Source: Bacilli bacterium (GTDB taxonomy: Bacteria > Bacillota_I > Bacilli_A > RF39 > UBA660). From it: a stretch of 59,292 nt of DNA. The position numbers and the translations under genes are program-made. Within the stretch, counting starts at the first letter, position 1; every line of letters starts with the position of its first letter. The stretch covers positions 1 to 59,292 of the forward strand of contig JAVWBB010000001.1 of the NCBI GenBank assembly GCA_036649735.1, written 5' to 3'. Of this stretch, positions 1 through 8,834 are shown piece after piece. The notes under the pieces were generated by a model, which saw nothing but the letters and a program-made list of their open reading frames with translations, had not been told where the DNA came from and did no database searches.

Positions 1-109
1 TTACTACTAGTAATGTAGAAATCATGGCTATAAACACCATAATTACATCTTTATTGAAACTTTTTCTTTCTCCTATTTTTTTTATGTTTCTTTTTATAAA
101 TTTACTCAT
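1..109 (-). CDS. 5' end of a gene running off the left edge; N-terminus MSKFIKRNIKKIGERKSFNKDVIMVFIAMISTLLVV (basic stretch then hydrophobic helix, signal/anchor-like)
   Basis: ATG at 109 (minus) preceded by GGAGGT about 6 nt upstream (115-120). Open to the window edge. Not in the ORF track because it is truncated. Confidence 0.35.
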   Translation of the reverse strand, partial: MSKFIKRNIKKIGERKSFNKDVIMVFIAMISTLLVV

Positions 110-218
110 AATTTTACCTCCAACTATTATATTTAAATTATATCACAAAAACTTCTAACAGGCGACATATTTTTATACCTTTATTTGAGATAATTATATT
201 GTATGAAAGGAAGTAACT

Positions 219-464
219 TTGATGAGTAGATATATAAAAAATAATTTATCTTTAACAGTTCGTAAAAATATTAAAAAATACAGGCTAATGCGAAATTACA
301 CTATGCAAGAACTTGCAGATTTAACAGGTTTGACTCATGGATATGTTAGAGATTTGGAATGTTTCTCAATTAACAAAACCCCTTTACTAGAAACAATCGG
401 AAAATTTGCAGATGCACTTGAAATTGACATAAGACAGTTATTTGATGATATTAGTGAAAAATAA
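219..464 (+). CDS. XRE-family helix-turn-helix transcriptional regulator (81 aa)
   Basis: YTMQELADLTGLTHGYVRDLE is a typical HTH_3/XRE motif. The likely true start is ATG at 222, after AAGGAAG. Divergent from the partial gene at the left edge. Confidence 0.8.
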   Translation: MMSRYIKNNLSLTVRKNIKKYRLMRNYTMQELADLTGLTHGYVRDLECFSINKTPLLETIGKFADALEIDIRQLFDDISEK

Positions 465-654
465 ATTGTCAAACAAAAACACCTAATCAATTAAGTGCTT
501 TTAGTTCTATAATAAATAGTGTTAGTAAATAAAAACTACTACGCTATTTTCAAATGTAAAAATATATAGTTTAATGCAATAATATATCTACAGATAAAAC
601 ATTAAAATGTTTTACAAACTAAACGAGTTTCAAAACTATAATGAGGCTGATATT

Positions 655-1854
655 TTATTTGCGATTTAAGTATTTATTTAATTCCACAAATTCTGTTATT
701 TTATTTAAACCTAAATACTTTTCACAATCAAAATTAGTTGATATTTTCATCATAAATTCTAAAAGATAATTTAATTCATCTACTGTTTTAATTCTAGTTG
801 CTCGATTAAATTTAGATAAACTTGTAAATAAATATTGCTTATCAACTTTAATTTTATATTTTAATATTTTAAACACCGCATCAAAAAATTCTTCATCACT
901 AAAAATAATCGTAAATAATAAAATTTTTAAAAATATATAAATAGGCATATCATATAATTTGTTTTGAATTAATTTTGATAGTCCCGCTTCTTCAAACTCA
1001 TAATCATAAAGTTCTAAAAAGGGAACACTAGAAATAGTATTCGTTAATTCTTTAGAATCGTCTATTAATAATATCTTAGTTAATTTATAAACATAACTTA
1101 ATTTAAGTGCCCCTTCGTTATTCAATTTCATATTTTTATTATAATTATTTTTAACTTTTAATAATTTTAATACTTGATCTAAGAATTTGTTTTCTTCATT
1201 ATTATCATCATTTACAACGCTAATATCTATAAAGTCATCTATTAATGATGGAAAATCTAATTCTTCTATTTCTTCTTTTTTAACGCCTTCATTTTGTAAT
1301 TTCATAATTTCTTCCAGAGGTATTTTGATAGTTTTTTCTAAATCTAAATTATAATTCCTTTTTTTACTTCTTTCACTTTTAATAATAAATTTCTTAAATA
1401 TAACATCAAAATTAATTAATGATAGTATAATAAAAATTATTATTAATAAACCTAAAGCTCTTAGCATAAATACTGTAGATACTACAAAAACAACTTTACC
1501 TATTACTTGAGTTTTATTAATCGGTTCATCTAATGTGTTATTAGTGTCTCCTTTTGTTAATAGTTGATTATTATTTATTTTTATTAAACGGTGAGTAATA
1601 AAATCTTTATTATCTTTAAAGGTTATAATATCATTTTCGACAACTTTATTTGTTAGTTTGACAATTATTAAATCATCTTTTTCAATTTCACCTGTCATAC
1701 TTCCTGTTTTAACTTGAAAATAAGTGTATCCAAAAACATTAGCATAATCTTGTTTAAAAATGCCTGTTGTTACTAAGATATATACACATAACATAATCAT
1801 AATTCCTAAAATTGTGTATATTATGCCTTTTAAAATAGTTTTTATCCACTTCAT
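655..1854 (-). CDS. SipW-type signal peptidase I (S26, ER/archaeal type) fused to a C-terminal domain of about 235 aa with unknown function
   Basis: N-terminal TM, then the catalytic-Ser motif KTGSMTGE. ITHRL is the His motif and TKGDTNNTLDEP the conserved box. A second TM follows (LRALGLLIIIFIILSLI), then a long hydrophilic extension absent from ordinary SipW. RBS AGAGGT upstream. Confidence 0.7.
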   Translation of the reverse strand: MKWIKTILKGIIYTILGIMIMLCVYILVTTGIFKQDYANVFGYTYFQVKTGSMTGEIEKDDLIIVKLTNKVVENDIITFKDNKDFITHRLIKINNNQLLTKGDTNNTLDEPINKTQVIGKVVFVVSTVFMLRALGLLIIIFIILSLINFDVIFKKFIIKSERSKKRNYNLDLEKTIKIPLEEIMKLQNEGVKKEEIEELDFPSLIDDFIDISVVNDDNNEENKFLDQVLKLLKVKNNYNKNMKLNNEGALKLSYVYKLTKILLIDDSKELTNTISSVPFLELYDYEFEEAGLSKLIQNKLYDMPIYIFLKILLFTIIFSDEEFFDAVFKILKYKIKVDKQYLFTSLSKFNRATRIKTVDELNYLLEFMMKISTNFDCEKYLGLNKITEFVELNKYLNRK

Positions 1855-1914
1855 ATTTACCTCTATTTATTCTTTTATCTTAATAAGTATATCATAAAAT
1901 AATTGTTTATAAAC

Positions 1915-3534
1915 CTAATTTAATTTATTAACGGTACATATAAAATTTATATTATCAAAAGTAATATGGCCCTTAGACATATAATAAATTGTTGCAATCA
2001 TTTTAACATCTTGATGTAATTTACTTAAATTCTCTTTATTTAAATCTAAAATATCAAAATTAATATTAAATAAATAATATTTATCACAAATTAATTTAGT
2101 AATATTTTGGGTATTTAAAATGTTTACCTTCTTTGTAAATGTATTATTTGGATTAAAACAAAAATCGGTAAAATCATTAATAAACTTAGTTACTTGAGAT
2201 TGGTTACTTTTAGGATTTTCTAATTTAAATAAAGTCCTCAAATAAACATAAGAAGAATTGCATAATTTAATAACATCATCTAAAGTAGCTTTATCATCTA
2301 AATTTATTAATATTTTTTCATTTATTAAATTATCTTCTAATTCATCATAAAGTTTAGATAGTTTATCTATTTGTAAATTAATGCTTTCTTTTATTTCATT
2401 AGGTTGAACTTTTTTGCTAAAAATACTAGGCCTTTGGGCCTTTTCATAAGCATAAACTAGTTTTTCTCTAATCTTTTCTTCCTTATCTACTTCTTTTGTT
2501 TTATTTTGATATACACCTTTATATGAATCCTTTTTCATATATCTTTTAATAATATCTTGTATAATACTTTCAAAATAGTAATAATTTTCTAATTCTTCTA
2601 ATATTTTATCTAAACTAATTATATCACTATAAAATTTGTCTATTTCAACTTGATTAAGATTAGCAAAGTTTACATCTTTATCTAAAAAACGGTTAAAAAC
2701 ATTTTTACGATTAGAGCTGTCTTCTATATAATCAGCAATTGCTAATTCATTAGTTAAAAATTTATTTAAATTTAAATAATCATTAGTTTTAATTAAATAA
2801 TCCATATTAATCATAACATCATTATACGCAGTTAAGCAATTTTCTTCATTAAGATTAGTTTGTAATAATAATTTGTTTTTTAATTCTTCTTCATAAGATT
2901 TTAATTCTTTAGTATATAATGTCACTATATATTTCATATTTAATTTTAAATGAATTATTAATGATGGACATTCCCAATATATACTTTCAAAAGTATTCTT
3001 CATTTTTTCACAAAATGTTGAATCATTCATAAATTCAAAAAAATCTTTCATATATAAATAAGTAGCAACACTATAATTAAAGTCATAGTTTGTAAGAATT
3101 ATATTCATTTGTCTAAATTTATTAATAAACATTAATAACAAATTATTAACTGTATCTAAATCAATGTTTTCATTATCTTTCAATTCACATATTATTTCAT
3201 TTAAGCCTAATTTATCAGCTGTATTACTTTTATCTAAAGAAAGTATAGTTTTCTGTATTAAGATTCCTTGATTTTTTAAAGAAATCAAATCTTTTGTATC
3301 ATCCCTTGGTAACATTGTATTAGACTTCTCTTTTATAGTTTTAAATAACAACTCCTTATATTGAGTAAATAGTGTTATTTCTTCACTTACAAATTCATTT
3401 TTTTTAATAATGGCCTCTTCATGATATTTCTTAATCATTTTTTTAGTTCCTATATTATTTTCTAAAGGAAATTCAGCAATGAATTGACGATTAGATTCTA
3501 TTAATTTAGTAATACTTTGTATATTAGTTTTCAT
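1915..3534 (-). CDS. Hypothetical 539-aa protein, no signal peptide or TM, likely helical/cytoplasmic; part of the SipW/TasA-like locus
   Basis: Long uninterrupted ORF. Its start ATG lies inside the stop region of the upstream 46-codon ORF (GATGAAAACTAA overlap). I recognise no family motif. Confidence 0.6.
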   Translation of the reverse strand: MKTNIQSITKLIESNRQFIAEFPLENNIGTKKMIKKYHEEAIIKKNEFVSEEITLFTQYKELLFKTIKEKSNTMLPRDDTKDLISLKNQGILIQKTILSLDKSNTADKLGLNEIICELKDNENIDLDTVNNLLLMFINKFRQMNIILTNYDFNYSVATYLYMKDFFEFMNDSTFCEKMKNTFESIYWECPSLIIHLKLNMKYIVTLYTKELKSYEEELKNKLLLQTNLNEENCLTAYNDVMINMDYLIKTNDYLNLNKFLTNELAIADYIEDSSNRKNVFNRFLDKDVNFANLNQVEIDKFYSDIISLDKILEELENYYYFESIIQDIIKRYMKKDSYKGVYQNKTKEVDKEEKIREKLVYAYEKAQRPSIFSKKVQPNEIKESINLQIDKLSKLYDELEDNLINEKILINLDDKATLDDVIKLCNSSYVYLRTLFKLENPKSNQSQVTKFINDFTDFCFNPNNTFTKKVNILNTQNITKLICDKYYLFNINFDILDLNKENLSKLHQDVKMIATIYYMSKGHITFDNINFICTVNKLN

Positions 3535-3664
3535 CTGCTAATTCCTCTTCTTCTATAATAATACTTGTTTCTAAATATTTAAGATGTTCTAAAACTTCTT
3601 GATAAGTTGCTAATAAAAGCCATGAATCTTCATTAATCAAATCTATTATTTCATCATCCATCAT
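3524..3664 (-). CDS. Small acidic 46-aa ORF (MMDDEIIDLINEDSWLLLATYQEVLEHLKYLETSIIIEEEELADEN), translationally coupled to the 539-aa gene
   Basis: Found by hand; not in the track. GAAGGAGAAAC RBS directly upstream of ATG at 3664. Its stop TAA (3524-3526) overlaps the downstream ATG (3534) by 11 nt. Confidence 0.35.
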   Translation of the reverse strand: MMDDEIIDLINEDSWLLLATYQEVLEHLKYLETSIIIEEEELADEN

Positions 3665-3680
3665 AGTTTCTCCTTCATAA

Positions 3681-3712
3681 TTTAATAAAAGGAGTTCCTT
3701 TAAGAACCCCTT
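3681..3712 (-). terminator. Rho-independent terminator/attenuator after the 335-aa putative major subunit gene
   Basis: The minus-strand RNA is AAGGGGUUC-UUAAAG-GAACUCCUU followed by UUAUUAAA. That gives a 9-bp stem with one G-U pair and a U-rich tail. Confidence 0.45.
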
Positions 3713-3738
3713 CTAATGTTTAATATTATAATTTTAAA

Positions 3739-4746
3739 TTAAGCTTGTGTTTTAGTACTAAATTGTAAGTTGTATGTAACACTACCACCTGATGCATTAT
3801 TTTCACAGTCAACATCTTGACCTTCAACCCACATGTATACTCTAACCTTATTAACTCCAGCTTTTAAATTAAATGTTAATTTATAAGCCGTTGTAAGAAT
3901 TCCGGAAGCTGGTGTTGTTAAACTAGGTGATACTTGTGCAAAATATAAACCATCATTTGAATTTAGTGGAATATTTTTGTCTGCAAGAATAGGAGCTTTT
4001 ACACCATAATATGCAAGAGCAGTCCCTCCAGTTAACGTTGTAGTAAGTCCATAAGTTGATTTAGCATAAGCAACTCCTGCTGCTGTATGAACATCATAAT
4101 TAGGTTCCCAAATAAAGACATTGTTTGCTGCTGCTGTTGCCTTTAATCCTTGAATTACGGCAATATCTGAACCAGTGGCAACATTTCCTTCATTAATAAG
4201 GGCTACACGTCCTGCGTTTTCGATTCCAGTACTTGTATTTTTAGCGATAATACTTGAATTAGATGTAAGATATACATCTGTTGCCTCTCTTAGTTGGAAA
4301 AATAAATCAAATGCGATAAAAGCTCCCGCTGTCCCATGAACTTCTTTATTTTCTGTAGCACTTAATATAAAGTTCCCGGCCGTATTACTACTAATTTCAC
4401 CTTTAAACATCTTCATAAAACCGGTTGTCGTATCGATATCACCAACTGTTGAAATTGGCACTAAATTTTCAAGACCACCAGGTAATTGATTAACTGCTTT
4501 AGGATAAGTAGTTGCTGCTCCTGTAATATCTGCGTTTGATATTAATGTCTTCCAATTTAATCCATCAACCGACACTTGAAGTCCATTCGCACCTGCTACA
4601 TTAATATCAATGTTACTTAAGGTTACAGTCTTATTTGCAGTAAACCATGCATAAGTACTTGTTGTTAAAATAGCACCTGTAAATAATATCATTAGTAATG
4701 ATATAAATAGTTTTCTTCTTTTTCTTATTTTTTTACTAGTATTCAT
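3739..4746 (-). CDS. Secreted TasA/camelysin-like protein with a SipW-type signal peptide; candidate major fibre subunit (335 aa, Ala/Gly/Thr-rich)
   Basis: N-terminus KKIRKRRKLFISLLMILFTGAILTTSTYAWFTAN resembles the TasA signal junction (GGGTWAAFND). Composition is visibly richer in G+C, Ala, Gly and Thr than the neighbours. Strong RBS AAAGGAG, and a terminator follows. C-terminal motif MWVEGQDVDCENNASGGSVTYNLQF is shared with the upstream gene. Confidence 0.7.
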   Translation of the reverse strand: MNTSKKIRKRRKLFISLLMILFTGAILTTSTYAWFTANKTVTLSNIDINVAGANGLQVSVDGLNWKTLISNADITGAATTYPKAVNQLPGGLENLVPISTVGDIDTTTGFMKMFKGEISSNTAGNFILSATENKEVHGTAGAFIAFDLFFQLREATDVYLTSNSSIIAKNTSTGIENAGRVALINEGNVATGSDIAVIQGLKATAAANNVFIWEPNYDVHTAAGVAYAKSTYGLTTTLTGGTALAYYGVKAPILADKNIPLNSNDGLYFAQVSPSLTTPASGILTTAYKLTFNLKAGVNKVRVYMWVEGQDVDCENNASGGSVTYNLQFSTKTQA

Positions 4747-4760
4747 TTTTATTCTCCTTT

Positions 4761-5462
4761 TTATTTCACATGTTCTTCTGTAAAATACATATTCATTTTT
4801 ATTTCACCACCAAGTAAATCATTTATGCAATCTGGATCATCGCCTTCAATCCAAATAACTAAAGTATAACAATCTTTTTCTTTGGCTTTTAATTGTTCTC
4901 TTTTTTCCAAAAGAACTTTTTCATTAGAATAAAATTTCTTTGTCCCAAATTCTTCCTTTTTTGTTATTGCATTTTTTTTGGCATATATAGTTGGAACATG
5001 ATTTTGGTATATCATAATTCTAATTGCTGAATCAACATTTCTAATTGAATCATCAATATCAACATTGTACCAATAATTAATCGCATCCACTCCAGTATTT
5101 ATAACATAAAATGTATATGCAATATAATTAGGGCCATTATGACTCCCGCCTATTTTTGTATCAATATCTTTAGGAAGCCAATCAATGGAAATATTATCCA
5201 TATAATCAAGTGTTTTAACAGATAACTCTATTTTTTTATGCTCTTTTTTACCATCTTCAGATAAATATAAACTCTTTTGATTAGCCATATTTTTATCTAA
5301 GGAAATAGTAAAAGATGCTCCTCCATAAATAATATACAAAAATAAGTAAGTAATAGATAAGGCACCGATTAACAGAAGAAAAACAATCTTTGTCATTTTA
5401 GAAAATAATTTCCTTTTGTAAACCCGTTCTGCTGTCATATTAATTGAATAATTTTTTTTCAC
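4761..5462 (-). CDS. Membrane-anchored/secreted paralogue of the 335-aa protein (233 aa)
   Basis: Hydrophobic helix IVFLLLIGALSITYLFLYIIYGG. C-terminal motif IWIEGDDPDCINDLLGGEIKMNMYF matches the tail of the 3739-4746 product. The track start is GTG at 5462; an alternative ATG lies at 5438. Confidence 0.6.
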   Translation of the reverse strand: MKKNYSINMTAERVYKRKLFSKMTKIVFLLLIGALSITYLFLYIIYGGASFTISLDKNMANQKSLYLSEDGKKEHKKIELSVKTLDYMDNISIDWLPKDIDTKIGGSHNGPNYIAYTFYVINTGVDAINYWYNVDIDDSIRNVDSAIRIMIYQNHVPTIYAKKNAITKKEEFGTKKFYSNEKVLLEKREQLKAKEKDCYTLVIWIEGDDPDCINDLLGGEIKMNMYFTEEHVK

Positions 5463-5770
5463 GTCACTTCACCATCATTTCAGTAAATTATTGTGCTTTT
5501 AATATTAAATTGCACATAATTAATATTACCGCGAACATATAATAAGAATTATTCTGCTTAAATTAAATAATAATGAGTAACAAAATAAACAGACATATCT
5601 TACTTATTGTTCATATCTTTTACACAATACTAATATAACATACCTTTCTACAAAATACAATTTTTTTCGACATTTTTTTCAAACCTTATTTACATTGCTT
5701 TTCTTTGCTTATTTTACAAAACAATAGACTTTTAGCGATATATTTAGTACAATTAAATCAAGGTGAGTAT

Positions 5771-6364
5771 ATGAAAAAGAAGTTATGGATAGGGCTAGGT
5801 ATTTTAATTTTATTAATTATTACTATTTATTTTACACAAGAAACATTTGCTAAATATCGTAAAAAAATTGATGGTCAAGCCCAAATGAATATTGCAAACT
5901 GGAATATTAAAGTTAATAATGAAAGCATTGCTGGTAAAAACGACTTAACAACGACAATTGTTCCCACTTTTTTAGCTACTCCTAATACAAAAGAAAATGT
6001 AATTGCTCCAGGCAGTGTTGGCTATTACGATATAGTTATAAACGCTTTAGATGTTGATGTATCATTTTCTTATACTATTTTTTCTAGTACGGACCCAACA
6101 TCTAATATAAAAGATTTAGTGACTACCGCCTATGAAATAAATCCTAGTGCATCCTCAGTTAAAACAACTTATTCTAGTAATACTGGAATTACAGGTTCAA
6201 TTAATCATAATACCAATCAAATAACTATTCGTATTCACATTAAATGGAATGATAATCCTACCGAACAAACCATGACTAATGCGGATGATACAAATGCTGC
6301 CATCAATAACACTTCAAAAGCCATTATGAAAGTTAATTTACATTTTTCACAATTAAATATTTAA
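5771..6364 (+). CDS. Secreted TasA-like protein with a SipW-type signal (198 aa); the only plus-strand gene in the locus
   Basis: The track ORF is 5705-6364. The start at ATG 5771 follows AAGGTGAG. Signal LILLIITIYFTQETFAKY. A clear paralogue of the 13099-13710 product: ANWNIKVNN vs AMWNIKLDD, IAPGSVGYYDIVI vs IAPGTQGTLKVLI, and HFSQ vs NASQ tails. Confidence 0.65.
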   Translation: MKKKLWIGLGILILLIITIYFTQETFAKYRKKIDGQAQMNIANWNIKVNNESIAGKNDLTTTIVPTFLATPNTKENVIAPGSVGYYDIVINALDVDVSFSYTIFSSTDPTSNIKDLVTTAYEINPSASSVKTTYSSNTGITGSINHNTNQITIRIHIKWNDNPTEQTMTNADDTNAAINNTSKAIMKVNLHFSQLNI

Positions 6365-6378
6365 TAATTAAACAATTT

Positions 6379-7161
6379 CTATGGTGTCGTCGTACCTCTT
6401 TGTGAAACTTTTAAATCCAAATGATAACGTAAAGATGATAATGTAGGATTGTTTTCTTTATACTTTACTGCTTGTTCCCCCCAAAAACTATCTCCATCAT
6501 CGCTTTCAATATATAAACCATTGATTATTTTTTCATTTATATTCGCGCTTGTAATATCTAAAGCCAAATGATAAGTATCTGTTAAAGTATAATAAGAAAG
6601 TTTAGGATTATAAATAAAATCATTAGTTAATTTATAATACTGATTTGTTTGTTCAAAAGGCCAACTAACAGTAATTGTAAATTCAATTTGGTCGCCCTTA
6701 TGTTGCAATACTTTCTTATTTGCAGTGTGTGATATTTTAAAAGGATAATCTTTTTCTAAGGAATTTAAAACTTTATCATTTCCAACTGTTGTATCTTCAA
6801 TAACAATATTGCTTCCTAAAATAGATAATTGGTTTACTTTAAAAGTAAAATCAGAAACAGTTTCTCCAGAATTTTTAATTAATATTTTTTTAGTAAATGT
6901 ATTCATTCCTGGTCGTAAATCATTAACAACAATATCAAAGTCCATCAAAACAGCATTTTCATCATAAAACTTTATATCCCAACCAACTATATTAGCATTA
7001 ATAGATAAATTAGCATTAGCCACAAAGACAAACCAAGCATAAACATTTACAATTAAAAGAAAAGATGCAAAGAAAATAGCATTTCGTTTAAGTTTTTTCC
7101 TTTTAGATTGTAAAACTTCATACGCACTTTTAACTATTTGTGTTTTCATCTTCTTCTTCAT
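6379..7161 (-). CDS. Secreted/anchored protein with a SipW-type signal junction (260 aa)
   Basis: FFASFLLIVNVYAWFVFVANANLSIN shares the YAWF junction with the 335-aa protein. It overlaps the end of the upstream signal peptidase gene by 32 nt. ATG 7149 is better spaced from AAGGAG than ATG 7161. Confidence 0.6.
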   Translation of the reverse strand: MKKKMKTQIVKSAYEVLQSKRKKLKRNAIFFASFLLIVNVYAWFVFVANANLSINANIVGWDIKFYDENAVLMDFDIVVNDLRPGMNTFTKKILIKNSGETVSDFTFKVNQLSILGSNIVIEDTTVGNDKVLNSLEKDYPFKISHTANKKVLQHKGDQIEFTITVSWPFEQTNQYYKLTNDFIYNPKLSYYTLTDTYHLALDITSANINEKIINGLYIESDDGDSFWGEQAVKYKENNPTLSSLRYHLDLKVSQRGTTTP

Positions 7162-7720
7162 TCTCCTTTTTTTTATCCTTTAATTCAACAACAGTATCTG
7201 CTATTTCCAAAAAAACTACTAAAACTAAAGGGGCAAATACCAAAAAGAAAAATCCAAATTTATTTCTAACTATTTGATTAATAAAACTAATAATAGTTAA
7301 CTTACTAACTACTTTACCATATATCTGACTCTCTTCTACAGTTGGATCTTCTGTAGTATTAGCAACTCCTTTGGTATGAAAATAATATGTATTACCAGGT
7401 TTTTCTTCAATATTAATAATTCTATGGGTAATAATTTTATCTTTCATATCATCTTTAATTCCTAAATAAGTAATATCATCGCCAATCTTTAAATTCTTAC
7501 AATCAATTTCATTAATTAAAATAACATCATCAACTTTATAGATAGGGTCCATACTAGCTGTTGCAATATTAAAAATACGATAGCCCATAATTGAACCATT
7601 ATTACTAATCCTTTGAAAAATGACAAAGCATAAATATAAAACTACTGATAAAACAAATAAAGTTTTAATTATTTTATAAACGCCTTGAAATATTTTATTA
7701 TTTATAATCTTTTTAAACAT
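7130..7720 (-). CDS. sipW: Signal peptidase I, SipW type (196 aa), apparently catalytically intact
   Basis: TM, then ATASMDP (Ser motif), ITHRI (His motif) and TKGVANTTEDP. C-terminal TM FFFLVFAPLVLVVFL followed by an acidic tail. RBS GAGGT. Starts 9 nt after the preceding gene. Confidence 0.8.
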   Translation of the reverse strand: MFKKIINNKIFQGVYKIIKTLFVLSVVLYLCFVIFQRISNNGSIMGYRIFNIATASMDPIYKVDDVILINEIDCKNLKIGDDITYLGIKDDMKDKIITHRIINIEEKPGNTYYFHTKGVANTTEDPTVEESQIYGKVVSKLTIISFINQIVRNKFGFFFLVFAPLVLVVFLEIADTVVELKDKKKENEEEDENTNS

Positions 7721-7729
7721 ATACTACCT

Positions 7730-8824
7730 CTATTCTAAAATTAAATATGACTCCTTTAAATTATCGGAAATTATATTAAATTTATATTTAAATGCTTTAA
7801 ATATTATCTTTTCTCTATTTCTTGATTTTTCTTTAGCTATTTTTATTTGTTTGTGAAATAATTCTTTGATTTTCTTTTCTGTTAAGTTAGGGTCAAAATC
7901 AATGATATTTTCTAACAATTTATTTATAGTTAATGACAAAGCTTTATTTTCTGATAAATGATGTTTTTTTTCGGAAATTAATTCCGTGGCTAAATAAAAT
8001 AATAATACTCCTTGGTCGAATTGTTCTTTTAATTGGCCGCTATCTAAATAATCTTGATTGTCTTTTGTAATTTTATATTCCTCTTTTATATATGATTGAA
8101 TATAATTCCATAAACGCGATGCTTGTTGAAAATTAGGATTTTTTAAAATAACATTAGTTTTATGAATTGGTGATTGAACTGCTGATACGTGTAATTTATT
8201 TAAAGTAATCATTAATTCCGTATTTGTAAATGCATCTAATTGTGTTTTTATAGTTTTTAATCGACTATCAAAACTATTTTCTTTATCTAAATCATCTATG
8301 CTTTTATTTGTTGATTGATAATTAATTGATACTTTTATATCTTCTGTTTTTATTTTCATTGTCCCGTTATATTCCAAATCTAATTTATCATAAAATGATG
8401 ACTCTCCATTAAATTCCCTTAATCTAAGTTCAATAAAATAACGCATGTTATTTACTAAAGTAAATATAAAGCGATTTTCATATGTATCTATACTTTCATC
8501 TTTATTAATATTTAATATTTTAGAAGGGCGAACATCACCTTTTATGGGGTCATAATCTTGAATTAAACTAGTATGTTGAGTTAAATGTATAATACTTTCA
8601 ACAGTAACTTTTTTAGCTAATTCGACCTTAACTATTTCTTCTTCATTAACAATAAATCTTTTTGGATTTCTTAAAATGTTATCAATATAAGGAATTATTT
8701 CTTCGAAAATATTTAACCATTCATCATTTAATTTTTTATCTTCATAATTTCTTTTTACTGATAATAATGATTGTAATGAATTTAATATAACTTTTGATTC
8801 TTCTAATTTATTACGATCATCCAT
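7730..8824 (-). CDS. McrC-N/DUF2357-like partner of the McrB-type ATPase, with no recognisable PD-(D/E)xK nuclease core (364 aa)
   Basis: Positioned 10 nt downstream of the McrB-like gene. ILRNPKRFIVNEEEIV and IDTYENRFIFTLVNNM resemble motifs I recall from McrC-N/DUF2357 proteins. I could not find a D...(D/E)xK motif in the C-terminal half. No TM. Confidence 0.45.
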   Translation of the reverse strand: MDDRNKLEESKVILNSLQSLLSVKRNYEDKKLNDEWLNIFEEIIPYIDNILRNPKRFIVNEEEIVKVELAKKVTVESIIHLTQHTSLIQDYDPIKGDVRPSKILNINKDESIDTYENRFIFTLVNNMRYFIELRLREFNGESSFYDKLDLEYNGTMKIKTEDIKVSINYQSTNKSIDDLDKENSFDSRLKTIKTQLDAFTNTELMITLNKLHVSAVQSPIHKTNVILKNPNFQQASRLWNYIQSYIKEEYKITKDNQDYLDSGQLKEQFDQGVLLFYLATELISEKKHHLSENKALSLTINKLLENIIDFDPNLTEKKIKELFHKQIKIAKEKSRNREKIIFKAFKYKFNIISDNLKESYLILE

Positions 8825-8834
8825 TTTACACCTC

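Noticed and set aside
464-654. Possible terminator hairpin CACCTAAT/ATTAAGTG after the XRE gene
   Set aside because: The stem has a mismatch and an implausibly small loop, and the T-tail is weak. There is not enough support to annotate it.
5451-5462. The A8 tract right after the GTG start of the 233-aa gene (and other homopolymers such as T10 at 36052-36061) as phase-variation switches
   Set aside because: Runs of 8-10 A or T are expected by chance at this base composition. There is no evidence of length heterogeneity from a single sequence.
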